Shown here in pieces: positions 1 through 8,796 of a stretch of DNA of 64,000 nucleotides. This stretch comes from Patescibacteria group bacterium (lineage in GTDB: Bacteria; Patescibacteriota; Microgenomatia; 2-02-FULL-39-11): NCBI GenBank assembly GCA_023379265.1, contig JAMCUI010000007.1:14780-78779 (forward strand), read 5' to 3'. Position 1 is the first letter of the stretch. Every line of letters begins with the position of its first letter. A program made the position numbers and the translations under genes. The notes under the pieces are model-generated. The model ran no database searches, was not told where the DNA came from, and saw only the letters and a program-made list of their open reading frames with translations.

Positions 1-1
1 T

Positions 2-427
2 CGGGGAATCACCCAATGGTATTTCCAGTATGGAATGGATAAAGTCATCGCTTTTACATCTGAAAATGAAAGGAAATATAAAAATATAATAATAGACAAT
101 ACTATCAATCAACCCTATATTTATGTCCTTTTTTACAAGAAAGTCGATCCAAAAACATTAACTGAGCAAGACTACAAGGATTTTTCCCACGTAGATCCTA
201 CAACCAACTGGTTAGCAGTCTCTAAATTCCGCAACTACGGCTTCCGGAAGATTACTAGTGAAAACATGCAAGGAGCAAAATTATTAAAAACAGTTTATAA
301 CAGCCCTTATTCCCAATACGGTATCTATACAAAAGGCGGAAATCTGATAGTCAGGTTTGAAGTAATAAATTCCAATGTGACTGTTTCAAACGCGTTGATT
401 TCTGAAGCCAATTCAGTTAAAATATGA
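2..427 (+). CDS. C-terminal part of a probable ArnT/PMT-like (GT-C) membrane glycosyltransferase; 5' truncated by the window edge
   Basis: Frame is open from position 2 (RGITQWYFQYGMDK...). The 'WYFQYG' and 'QPYIYVLFYKKVDP' segments resemble C-termini of CPR GT39/ArnT-like proteins. Confidence 0.5.
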   Translation, partial: RGITQWYFQYGMDKVIAFTSENERKYKNIIIDNTINQPYIYVLFYKKVDPKTLTEQDYKDFSHVDPTTNWLAVSKFRNYGFRKITSENMQGAKLLKTVYNSPYSQYGIYTKGGNLIVRFEVINSNVTVSNALISEANSVKI

Positions 428-439
428 TAACCAAATTAC

Positions 440-512
440 CGCGGGGTAGTGTACAGTTGCACAGGAGGCTCATAATCTCCTAGGCCGGGTGCGACTCCCG
501 GCTCCGCAACCA
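440..512 (+). tRNA. tRNA(CAT), initiator (fMet)-like, atypical
   Basis: Acceptor stem CGCGGGG/CTCCGCA with C1:A72 mismatch, A73 and encoded CCA. Anticodon arm GGAGG-CTCATAA-TCTCC. T arm CCGGG-TGCGACT-CCCGG. Confidence 0.85.
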
Positions 513-522
513 ATAACTAAAT

Positions 523-546
523 AGCGCCTCACAAGGCGCTGTTTTG
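523..546 (+). terminator. Intrinsic terminator after the tRNA
   Basis: Hairpin AGCGCCT-CACA-AGGCGCT followed by GTTTT. Confidence 0.6.
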
Positions 547-569
547 GTATTTCAATAAAAACAGTTATC

Positions 570-1493
570 CTATGAAACGATATTAACTGGTTTTCCTTGG
601 AGATAAGACTCAATATTTTTAGTCACACCATTTGCCAATCTCTCTTGAGATTGCCTAGTATTCCAAGCGATATGTGGTGTCACAACTACATTTGATAGTG
701 AAAAAAGTGGATTATTTTTATCCGGCGGTTCTTTTTCGAAAACATCAAGACCAGCTCCATACAAATGTCTATTCTTCAGGTATTTAATTAAAGCTTTTTC
801 ATCCACCACTTTCCCCCTTGAGGTATTAACCACAATTGCTCCGGCAGGAAGAAGTGACAGCTCTTTTTCACCTATTAATTTTTCTGTTTCTGGCGTCAGA
901 GGAATATTAATTGAAAGTACATTGCTTTGTCTGAGTAGATTTTCTAAATCAGATTGTGATGATTTAGAATTTATATAAACAGTCTTCATTCCGAAGGCAC
1001 GTGCCAACTTCCCTACTCTTCTACCGATATTGCCATACCCTAAAATACCCAAAGTCTTGCCTTTAAGTTCTTCTCCTGCATTACCTTTGGGATCAAATTT
1101 CCCTATCTTAATTGTATTTTGCGCCAAGTTCAGCTGACGGGAAACAGAGAGCATTAGAAGAATTGCGTGCTCGGCAACAGATTCAGAGGAAAATGCTGGC
1201 ACATTGGACACTCTCACTTTATATTTTCTTGCTGCCTTAATATCCGTCCAATTCTGATATCCTGTCATAGCCATCACTACATAATGCAAATTTTTGGCAT
1301 TTTGGAAAATTTTTTCCCCTATGTAAACCCATTTGCTGACTATAATTGTCGCGTCTTTTACTAGCTCCAACACTTCTTTCTCTTTGGGCCAGGAAGAATA
1401 CGGTAAAACAACATCAGCCTGTTTCTTAAGCTTATCAATAAGCTCTTCCGATATCTGCAATTTATCAAGGAATACTATCTTCTCCCTTTTCAT
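570..1493 (-). CDS. D-isomer-specific 2-hydroxyacid dehydrogenase (SerA/glycerate dehydrogenase-like)
   Basis: GILGYGNIG Rossmann motif, NTSRG, GLDVFEKEP, TPHIAW. Confidence 0.9.
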   Translation of the reverse strand: MKREKIVFLDKLQISEELIDKLKKQADVVLPYSSWPKEKEVLELVKDATIIVSKWVYIGEKIFQNAKNLHYVVMAMTGYQNWTDIKAARKYKVRVSNVPAFSSESVAEHAILLMLSVSRQLNLAQNTIKIGKFDPKGNAGEELKGKTLGILGYGNIGRRVGKLARAFGMKTVYINSKSSQSDLENLLRQSNVLSINIPLTPETEKLIGEKELSLLPAGAIVVNTSRGKVVDEKALIKYLKNRHLYGAGLDVFEKEPPDKNNPLFSLSNVVVTPHIAWNTRQSQERLANGVTKNIESYLQGKPVNIVS

Positions 1494-1695
1494 TTCGTAG
1501 AGTATATACCATCCGTACCAAAAAGTTAATAAACTTTTATAATATTAAATTTCTTAAATAACTTTGTTTTCTTTTTTTTCTAGCCGAATTCTTTATGCTA
1601 TAATTGGAAAATTGACGGATAGCAAGCCAGCTATCTCAAGAGAACATTATCAAACTTTGAATTAAATTTTGGGTAAAACTTTAGTAATATAGCTT

Positions 1696-1767
1696 GCCAG
1701 CGTAGCTCAGTGGTAGAGCAGCGTCTTCATAAGGCGTGGGTCACAGGTCCGAATCCTGTCGCTGGTA
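1696..1767 (+). tRNA. tRNA(CAT), elongator type (Met, possibly Ile2)
   Basis: Acceptor stem GCCAGCG/CGCTGGT; D arm TAGCTCAGTGGTAGAGCA; anticodon arm GCGTC-TTCATAA-GGCGT; T arm ACAGG-TCCGAAT-CCTGT; no encoded CCA. Confidence 0.92.
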
Positions 1768-2080
1768 CTGTATCACAAATCTCCGGTCCGAATCCTGTCG
1801 CTGGTACTGTATCACAAATCTCCGGTCCGAATCCTGTCGCTGGTACTGTATCACAAATCTCCGGTCCGAATCCTGTCGCTGGTACTGTATCACAAATCTC
1901 CGGTCCGAATCCTGTCGCTGGTACTGTATCACAAATCTCCGGTCCGAATCCTGTCGCTGGTACTGTATCACAAATCTCCGGTCCGAATCCTGTCGCTGGT
2001 ACTGTATCACAAATCTCCGGTCCGAATCCTGTCGCTGGTACTGTATCACAAATCTCCGGTCCGAATCCTGTCGCTGGTAC
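1746..2080 (+). repeat. Perfect 39-bp tandem array (8 full units plus a 23-bp partial) containing the tRNA 3' end
   Basis: Unit GGTCCGAATCCTGTCGCTGGTACTGTATCACAAATCTCC starts at 1746, 1785, 1824, 1863, 1902, 1941, 1980 and 2019; partial copy at 2058-2080. Confidence 0.97.
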
Positions 2081-2086
2081 AATATT

Positions 2087-3094
2087 TTAATAGAAAATGA
2101 TTGAAGTCAGCATATAATTGTATATATAGGTGATGTCCGAAATGCTGACATTACTGGCTATTCCAAACGATCCGTTGAACCTCGGAAATATTGAAGCTAT
2201 ATAGCTTTGTCCCAAAGCTCCCTGCGTATATAGAGTTCCGTTTACCCCATCAACAACTATCGGTACAACGTATGGTGGATTATTGTTTACCTGGGGCATT
2301 GTGTAATTTGCCGCCACTCCAAGCCCTATATGAGGCGTATCAGGAGAATTTATGTCATATCCCGGAGGAAATACCGCTATCCCCTCATGATTGTTGGAAA
2401 TACTTTTTATCATCTGCCAGTTTGATGGATATTGGATCATATACCTATCCTGTGGATTATCATAGACTGCCCATGTCACTTGTACGGGAGGTGTGGAAGG
2501 CGGAGTATAGACTTGAGTTTGCCCATTAGTATCTTGAAAGATTATCTGCACGCTAGTGACTGGATTGGGTGTAGGATTTACAGAATTTCCATTATTGGAA
2601 TTGACAGAGGTTTGTGAATGTGATGTATTTACTAATCCTTCCGAAGTTGACATCCCTCCCTGTTTAGAACTATTTGAAGTACTATTTTGGGAAGTTTGAT
2701 TTGGTACATTCCCGCTTCCGGTCACAGATAAACTATTTTTTTTATCTTCATTTCCCACATTCACACCTGTAACTAGTGGGCTTTGTGGGCTAGTAGCATC
2801 TGTACCGGTTTTCCTGTTTGTGCCTGGAGTAATCTTTAGTAATATATCAATTAGCCAATTTGGGTTATCTTGGCTTGTTGTTGGTATCAAGTCTCCTAAT
2901 TTATGCTTGTAAATAAAATTACTTGAACTTTGGGGAGGTTTAGGCAAAAAAATCCTAATAATTATCAGTATTGCTGCTATGCTTAAGACGCTTATAATTC
3001 CGGGGATAAATAACTTATGTAAGTGTGAGGGCAAAACCATTTTCTTCTTTGATTTTTCCGTAATCATGCCCTTGCTGTCTATACTGTAAGCCAT
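2087..3094 (-). CDS. Membrane-anchored hypothetical protein: S/N/T-rich linker, PsbP-like C-terminal domain (start uncertain)
   Basis: N-terminal TM (LFIPGIISVLSIAAILIII), low-complexity middle, 'W..Y.N....Y.IQYPSNW' motif typical of CPR PsbP-like domains. Confidence 0.6.
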   Translation of the reverse strand: MAYSIDSKGMITEKSKKKMVLPSHLHKLFIPGIISVLSIAAILIIIRIFLPKPPQSSSNFIYKHKLGDLIPTTSQDNPNWLIDILLKITPGTNRKTGTDATSPQSPLVTGVNVGNEDKKNSLSVTGSGNVPNQTSQNSTSNSSKQGGMSTSEGLVNTSHSQTSVNSNNGNSVNPTPNPVTSVQIIFQDTNGQTQVYTPPSTPPVQVTWAVYDNPQDRYMIQYPSNWQMIKSISNNHEGIAVFPPGYDINSPDTPHIGLGVAANYTMPQVNNNPPYVVPIVVDGVNGTLYTQGALGQSYIASIFPRFNGSFGIASNVSISDITYIYNYMLTSIIFY

Positions 3095-3102
3095 AACTAA
3101 TT

Positions 3103-3447
3103 TTAGAAAAAAAGTTTTACCCACTTTTGCCAATTCAAACTTGCATCCTGAGGCGTAGGCGATGGTTCCGCTATTGGAGAAACCGTAGGAAGCAAAAGTA
3201 CCACCTCGTCTTCTTTACCTAGATTCAATTTATCCCGCGCCTCCTTTTCTATATATTGCTTACTTTCCACTTCAGCTAGTTTTCTTTTCAGCTGGTTATT
3301 GTTGTTTTGTGCGTCCTGAAGCTGATTTTGGGTACTCTGTATAATTTTTTCCCGTTGGGAAATCTTTACCCATGAACGGACTATTCCTACAACAAGCATA
3401 ACAAACACTATCAAAAGTATCCAATTTAGCAGTTTATATCGGTCCAT
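3103..3447 (-). CDS. ftsB: Septum formation initiator, FtsB/DivIC family
   Basis: TM, coiled coil and 'YIEKEARDKLNLGKEDE' motif. Confidence 0.8.
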   Translation of the reverse strand: MDRYKLLNWILLIVFVMLVVGIVRSWVKISQREKIIQSTQNQLQDAQNNNNQLKRKLAEVESKQYIEKEARDKLNLGKEDEVVLLLPTVSPIAEPSPTPQDASLNWQKWVKLFF

Positions 3448-3449
3448 AA

Positions 3450-3478
3450 TTGACAAAAATCCCTTCTTGATGTATTAT
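3450..3478 (+). promoter_or_regulatory. Sigma70-type promoter of the recombinase gene (probably leaderless)
   Basis: TTGACA-17-TATTAT, then 7 nt to the ATG at 3486. Confidence 0.65.
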
Positions 3479-3485
3479 AGGCCCC

Positions 3486-4355
3486 ATGAATTCAGATAAA
3501 AACACTGATTTGTCTTCTGCTCGTGAACAATTTATCAGATATCTCACAGAAAACAGAAGGGCTCATGCTACTATTTTAGCATACAGCAAAGATATAGAGC
3601 AGCTGGTCGCCTTTCTTTCTGACATGGGCAAAAAGCAGATTATTGAAGTAGAAAAAATAGATCTTGATGGCTTTCTGAAAAAACTTTCCACAGATGGTTA
3701 TACTCTTAAATCCCTCTCCCGAAAAATAAACTCCATAAAAACATTCTATCGGTTTCTTAAAAACCAAAATCTTATTACAACCAATCCAGCAGCAGAGATT
3801 ACCCACCCAAAATATGAGACTAAACCCCCCAGAATACTATCAAAGATGGAATATAGAGCTTTAAGGGACGCTTGCAGATCAGATATAAGAACTTATGCCA
3901 TCGTGGAGCTCTTCCTTCAGACGGGCATAAGAATTGGAGAATTGGCTAATTTAAAACTGATAGATGCCAATGAAAGAGAATTAATAATTAGACCTCAAGA
4001 GAGTCATCCGCAACGCTCAATACCTTTGAATAAGGCAGCCAAAGCTGCACTGGATAAATGGCTAATTATAAGACCAAAAACCAATGGCGAAGCTCTTTTT
4101 GTCACCAAAACCGGCAGGCCGCTTTTAGTTCGTAATATTAGGACTACTATAGATAGATATTTTAAGATTGCCGGTATTGAAAACGCCAAAGTAAATGATC
4201 TCAGACATACTTTTATTGCACACCATCTAGCTGCAGGAACAGATCTTACCATGATCAGCCAGTTAGTAGGACACAAAAGACTGGCTACTACAGAAAAATA
4301 CCTAGACCTCATAAAGGACAAGGCCGTCTCCAACCTGAAACTGGAAGAGCTTTAA
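3486..4355 (+). CDS. XerC/XerD-family tyrosine recombinase
   Basis: SAM-like N domain (TILAYSKD), TGIRIGEL, NDLRHTF, LVGH, TTEKY. Confidence 0.9.
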   Translation: MNSDKNTDLSSAREQFIRYLTENRRAHATILAYSKDIEQLVAFLSDMGKKQIIEVEKIDLDGFLKKLSTDGYTLKSLSRKINSIKTFYRFLKNQNLITTNPAAEITHPKYETKPPRILSKMEYRALRDACRSDIRTYAIVELFLQTGIRIGELANLKLIDANERELIIRPQESHPQRSIPLNKAAKAALDKWLIIRPKTNGEALFVTKTGRPLLVRNIRTTIDRYFKIAGIENAKVNDLRHTFIAHHLAAGTDLTMISQLVGHKRLATTEKYLDLIKDKAVSNLKLEEL

Positions 4356-4568
4356 CTTGAACTGTTGAGCATTAACGTCTCTTCTTACCTTACTCTCCTT
4401 CCTTTTCCGATATTATTAATTTCATCACTTGTGAGTCCAGATAAGTTGATTTTATTGTGAAACGTGAGGGATAAAAGCACTGTTTTTTCTGTTGAAGTAT
4501 TTAGAACCGAAACTCTTAAGTTTTCCAGCAGTGCAAACAATGAACAAGTTTTTTAATTGGATTTTATG

Positions 4569-4640
4569 TGGAACCGGATGGAGTCGAACCATCTACATCG
4601 ACTTTATAAGAGTCGCGTTCTGCCGGTGAACTACGGTTCC
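4569..4640 (-). tRNA. tRNA-Ile(TAT/UAU)
   Basis: Reverse strand: GGAACCG TAGTTCACCGGCAGAACG CGACT-CTTATAA-AGTCG ATGTA GATGG-TTCGACT-CCATC CGGTTCC A; anticodon TAT. Confidence 0.92.
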
Positions 4641-4725
4641 ATGCAACCTGTCCCATAAATTTGCCTCGATTACAAATTATTCAGACAGTCGAAAATTAAA
4701 GGAACAAAGCGCTAACGTGTCTGAA

Positions 4726-4754
4726 ATTATAGAATATACGGGGAGAAATGTAAA
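4726..4754 (-). promoter_or_regulatory. Promoter for tRNA-Ile(TAT)
   Basis: TTTACA-17-TATAAT on the minus strand, ~85 nt upstream of the tRNA. Confidence 0.6.
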
Positions 4755-4756
4755 TT

Positions 4757-7102
4757 TTATAGTTTAGCGCGCTGGGATATTTCTGCTTCTACTAATTCCC
4801 TAGGCCTTCCATACTTCAACCGTGAAAGAGAAAGTATCGCCTCTGCCACCTTGGGGTTTTCAATCTTCTTTTGCGCTGCCATATCTTTTCTCAAATCAAC
4901 AGAAAATGGTGGAACCGGTTTATTCCCTACTATGGTATTTACATAGGCATTATAAACGTCAACGTTAATAAGATCTCCTTCATTAAATACCGGAGTAAAC
5001 CAGTGTTGTAAATAATTAGCATCAGTTACGCCTACTCTAAATGTAATAAGTGTCCCAACGTTACCAAAGACGGCATTTTTTACCTCCTCCTCCATTTGTC
5101 CTATAAACTGGTTAGCCACACAAAGGTTTAGCCTGAATTTCCTGGCCTCAGAGAGTATTTGGGCAAAATCAGGTGTTGCAAAATTCTGAAATTCATCAAC
5201 ATAAAGAAAAAAGTCTTTTCTTTTATCTTCAGGAGTATCCACCCGACTCATGGCGGCTACCAGAATTTTTGGCACCAGGATTAAACCAAGGAAACTGGAA
5301 TTTTCTTCTCCCAGTTTTCCCTTGGCAAGATTGACAAGAAGAATCTTCCCTTCATCCATCACTTTTCTAAAATCAAACGCACTTTTACTTTGTCCGATTA
5401 TGTTTCTCATAAGTTTATTAGTGACAAAACGGCCGAATTTTGAAACAATATAATCCAATACTTCAGATTTATGAAAATCTGAAGTCTGCGCAATCTGGTC
5501 AGTCCAATAACGTCTTACAATCGGATCCTGAACTTTTGGAAGAAGCTCCTGAACATATGAAGAATCAGTCAGAACTCTAACAACCTCTACAAAAGAAGCA
5601 CCTGGCTCCACCATAACAGTCAACATTGCATTTCTTATGGCGTGCTCAAATCGTGGGCCAATAATACCTGTTTTCTGCGGATCATAAAGTTTGTACATTA
5701 ACCCTATGATTGAAGTGACTATAAAATGTTTCTGTTCCTCGGTATAGGCTTCAAGCATATTAAGTCCCATTGGTCTTTCTCCATCTGAAGGATCAAAATA
5801 GATGATATCCTCAGCTCTTTCTGGAGGAATAAGAGGTAAAAGTCCCTCAACTAAATCTCCGTGAGGATCAATAACTGCAACTCCTTTCCCTTCCTTTATA
5901 TCCTGCAAAACCATATCTTTCAGAAGTACAGATTTACCAACCCCTGTTTTCCCAATTATATAAACATGCCGCCTTCTGTCATCAAGTTGCATGTAAACAG
6001 GACGCATAATTCCACGGTAGACACTTTTACCTAAATACATTCCCGATGTTGGAGTTTCGGCAGGAGCTGGGGCTTTTTTGGATGTTACCCAGTTGATATG
6101 AGGCGTTTCAATAGTTTTATTGGGAAAATGGAATATTGTAGCCAACTCTTCACTGGAAAGGATAGAAAGTTGCCTATGTGGCCAGTTCACCATAGGAAAA
6201 TACCGATATATAAAATCCACCATAAATGAACTCTTCATTAGGTGCTTGGCACGGGTGAAGTGATTTAAGTCGGAAGCAAACTGTGCAAAGACCGCCTCAA
6301 TATTATGAAGATGCATGTTGGCTGACTCAAGCGTTGTCGAGGTTACTACTACCCTTATAACAGTCTTAAAACCAGGTTTTGAGGTCTTATTTTCAACCGC
6401 TTCAAGTACTTTAGGATCAACATTATACTTTGCTTTTTCAGGATTGGCTTCATTTTTCTTGATGCTGGAAACGTAACTTCTACCCTTTTTCTTCCACTTA
6501 CCATCAGCGGGAGTTATCAATATTTGTATAGAAGCACCTTCCCCAGTCTGCATTTTTCCTAGTGCAGAAGTAACTGCTGAAAGAGGATCGACAGGCAAGT
6601 CCTTATAAAAACGCATCGGGTAAAAATCCGCATGCTGTAGTATATAGGAGGCAAAAGCTACCTTTCCGTCTTCATTAAAAATATTATACTCATCCACCTC
6701 CTTAATTTCTGCCTCTGGATACATTCCGTAGATCTGCTTTTCTAACAGATCGCGCAAATGGTGATGAACAGATATATAAAACTTTATGTCTCCAGGGGTA
6801 CCGACTATCTCAAACGAAATATGATCTGAAGCTTTCAGGAATGACAAAAATCCTCCGTGAGAGAGTGAAGCGAGAGAGGAAAAAAACTGTTCAGCCGCAT
6901 CAATTTTTATTTCATTATTTTTGGGAACCATTACCTGCAATAACACAAACTCGAGACTTTTTTTCTCGCGTCCCCGGTGTTTCCACCAAAGAAAAAGAAA
7001 ATATGAAAGAAGCGACAATCCTACTAAAAGAATTACCAACGCTCCCATAACCAAAGCTAAGTCTTCAAGCCTAAAAACAATTTGTGAAGGATCAGTGTAC
7101 AT
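4757..7102 (-). CDS. VirD4/TraG-like (type IV coupling protein-like) P-loop ATPase with N-terminal TM
   Basis: Walker A IIGKTGVGKS, VIDPHGDL, Walker B LYVDEFQNF, SEARKFRL, ANQFIGQ. Confidence 0.85.
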   Translation of the reverse strand: MYTDPSQIVFRLEDLALVMGALVILLVGLSLLSYFLFLWWKHRGREKKSLEFVLLQVMVPKNNEIKIDAAEQFFSSLASLSHGGFLSFLKASDHISFEIVGTPGDIKFYISVHHHLRDLLEKQIYGMYPEAEIKEVDEYNIFNEDGKVAFASYILQHADFYPMRFYKDLPVDPLSAVTSALGKMQTGEGASIQILITPADGKWKKKGRSYVSSIKKNEANPEKAKYNVDPKVLEAVENKTSKPGFKTVIRVVVTSTTLESANMHLHNIEAVFAQFASDLNHFTRAKHLMKSSFMVDFIYRYFPMVNWPHRQLSILSSEELATIFHFPNKTIETPHINWVTSKKAPAPAETPTSGMYLGKSVYRGIMRPVYMQLDDRRRHVYIIGKTGVGKSVLLKDMVLQDIKEGKGVAVIDPHGDLVEGLLPLIPPERAEDIIYFDPSDGERPMGLNMLEAYTEEQKHFIVTSIIGLMYKLYDPQKTGIIGPRFEHAIRNAMLTVMVEPGASFVEVVRVLTDSSYVQELLPKVQDPIVRRYWTDQIAQTSDFHKSEVLDYIVSKFGRFVTNKLMRNIIGQSKSAFDFRKVMDEGKILLVNLAKGKLGEENSSFLGLILVPKILVAAMSRVDTPEDKRKDFFLYVDEFQNFATPDFAQILSEARKFRLNLCVANQFIGQMEEEVKNAVFGNVGTLITFRVGVTDANYLQHWFTPVFNEGDLINVDVYNAYVNTIVGNKPVPPFSVDLRKDMAAQKKIENPKVAEAILSLSRLKYGRPRELVEAEISQRAKL

Positions 7103-7145
7103 GGAAACTTAAAGCTATATTTACTAGATAAATCATTCTATCTTT

Positions 7146-7628
7146 CTAATCAGATTTTACTCTGATTATTTTTCCGTGTATGACTTTGAGCATTACATGA
7201 GCCTTTTTTAGTTTTTTGACACACCATACGGCCATCCATCGCAAAGCACTGCTTATTTGACTATGAAGTCCCGCTACAACCTGCTGATCCGAGATGGGCA
7301 AAACTACATTTGGTAAGGGGGTAACTGAAGCAACTAAGGGAATCGAAGCCCCAGATTGAGTTACTCCCAACTTTTTGACATCAGGAGGTAATTCAATTGA
7401 CTCTTTTATTGCTGTCACCCCCACCTCTGATACTTCTTTTGGTATCTCAACCTCTTTGGAAATCATCTGAGGTGTCTCGGAAGATGCAATTTTTATCGCC
7501 TCATGTTCTTTCCCTATCGATACAGATACTGTCTGATTCTTTACTCCCTTGTCTGACTTTATCCCAGAATTGCTTTTTACGCTTTGAGAATAATTCTTCT
7601 GTTGGGAGTTGGCAGGTGTGGTGTTCAT
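7146..7628 (-). CDS. Hypothetical protein
   Basis: 160-aa ORF co-oriented directly upstream of the VirD4-like gene; C-terminus ALRWMAVWCVKKLKK. Confidence 0.7.
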   Translation of the reverse strand: MNTTPANSQQKNYSQSVKSNSGIKSDKGVKNQTVSVSIGKEHEAIKIASSETPQMISKEVEIPKEVSEVGVTAIKESIELPPDVKKLGVTQSGASIPLVASVTPLPNVVLPISDQQVVAGLHSQISSALRWMAVWCVKKLKKAHVMLKVIHGKIIRVKSD

Positions 7629-7663
7629 AATTATTCTTTAACTTAATTTATGCGGATAAACAG

Positions 7664-8257
7664 TCAGTTTTCCCTTGCTTTGTGATTCAATTTTATTCCA
7701 GAAAAATTAAGTGAAGACAGAAAAGTTTTTATGGTTTCAGCTGTAAAGAAAGAGATAGGAACTAAAACTACATTGCCTATGAGGTTGTATTTGAAAAAAG
7801 GCAAACCTAAAATATAAGCATCAACTAATCCGGATAATGTTCTTGGATACATACCCCAATTATCCAAAAACCATACGCCGAAATTCGTCCAAAGATAAAA
7901 CCAAAAAGACGCAGCAATACCCACACCTCCTGCCGTTAAAAGCTTAAAAACTAAATTTCTTTCTCCGGCAGCTTTACTTTTGAAATTTAGTTTCAAAATT
8001 CCCATCAAACCAATCACAATATAACCGCTCCATGTGAACATAAATATATTTGTATTTCCAATCAACACATCCGTAACCGCCATAATAAAAAAAGGTACAA
8101 CCAAAGCGTATTTTTTGCCCAAGTATGCAGCTGAAAGAAGAGTTGCTGAGGTAACAAATTCCACATTATCTCCGATATGAAAAACCGTTCTAGAGAGAAT
8201 ACCTAAAATTACTAGGATAAAAGCGAGTAAATATTTTTCTTTATCTTTTCTTCCCAT
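7664..8257 (-). CDS. DUF6580-like / ECF S-component-like membrane transporter, putative cobalamin uptake
   Basis: Multi-TM protein with 'FYLWTNFGVW...YPRTLSGLVDAYILGLPFF' motif; B12 context. Confidence 0.7.
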   Translation of the reverse strand: MGRKDKEKYLLAFILVILGILSRTVFHIGDNVEFVTSATLLSAAYLGKKYALVVPFFIMAVTDVLIGNTNIFMFTWSGYIVIGLMGILKLNFKSKAAGERNLVFKLLTAGGVGIAASFWFYLWTNFGVWFLDNWGMYPRTLSGLVDAYILGLPFFKYNLIGNVVLVPISFFTAETIKTFLSSLNFSGIKLNHKAREN

Positions 8258-8267
8258 TTTCCTCAAA

Positions 8268-8741
8268 TTAAAATTTAGAATAAATCCATTCGACATGGTC
8301 TCCTGGATATATCACATATCTATCAGCAGCAATAGTACCCGTTTTCCCATTTACCTTATATATCCAGCCGTATTGTCCACCATTTGCCCTATCGCCAATC
8401 TTGGTCACCATTATTCCGTATTTATACTGTTTTATCTCTATATCTATTTTCTTGTCAGTAGCCAATTTTTTAAGCGCCTGATATACTGTCTGTACGTATA
8501 CCTCGCCTGTTTCATTTTTTCCATTACCAAAATCAATTGACACTATTTCCAAAGATGTTACACTCTGCGTGGGTGACGGCTGCTGTTGATTGCTTAGCTC
8601 TGTGGTTTGAATATTACGGTTTACGATATTTGGTAAATTAATAACCGATTGCTGTTTTTGCAACACATATTGCCCAAAGACAACCAAAATTACTACGATT
8701 AAACCGGTAAATATAAACAATTTTTTTGAATTTCTTTTCAT
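8268..8741 (-). CDS. DUF4430 (transcobalamin beta-domain-like) membrane-anchored protein, putative cobalamin binding
   Basis: N-terminal TM; 'YGIMVTKIG...GWIYKVNGK....AAD.Y.IYPGDHVEW.Y' signature. Confidence 0.8.
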   Translation of the reverse strand: MKRNSKKLFIFTGLIVVILVVFGQYVLQKQQSVINLPNIVNRNIQTTELSNQQQPSPTQSVTSLEIVSIDFGNGKNETGEVYVQTVYQALKKLATDKKIDIEIKQYKYGIMVTKIGDRANGGQYGWIYKVNGKTGTIAADRYVIYPGDHVEWIYSKF

Positions 8742-8796
8742 ACTGTCCCCCTTCCTTTCTATTGTGTCATATATGCTCCAGCCTTGACAAGTGGCG

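Noticed and set aside
1746-2080. CRISPR array
   Set aside because: The intervening 16-mers are all identical (no unique spacers), the repeat is a tRNA 3' end, and no cas genes are present.
1710-2104. Repeat-protein ORFs (1710..2090 +, 1736..2104 +, 1741..2082 -)
   Set aside because: They overlap the tRNA and stay open only because the 39-bp unit is a multiple of 3 and lacks stops in those frames.
4356-4560. ~50-codon minus-strand ORF downstream of tRNA-Ile
   Set aside because: Weak start, no recognisable motif, length expected by chance.
1696-4640. Integrative element bounded by tRNAs, with the recombinase as integrase
   Set aside because: The interval contains the core gene ftsB, no distal att copy is visible, and the recombinase looks like a short housekeeping Xer.
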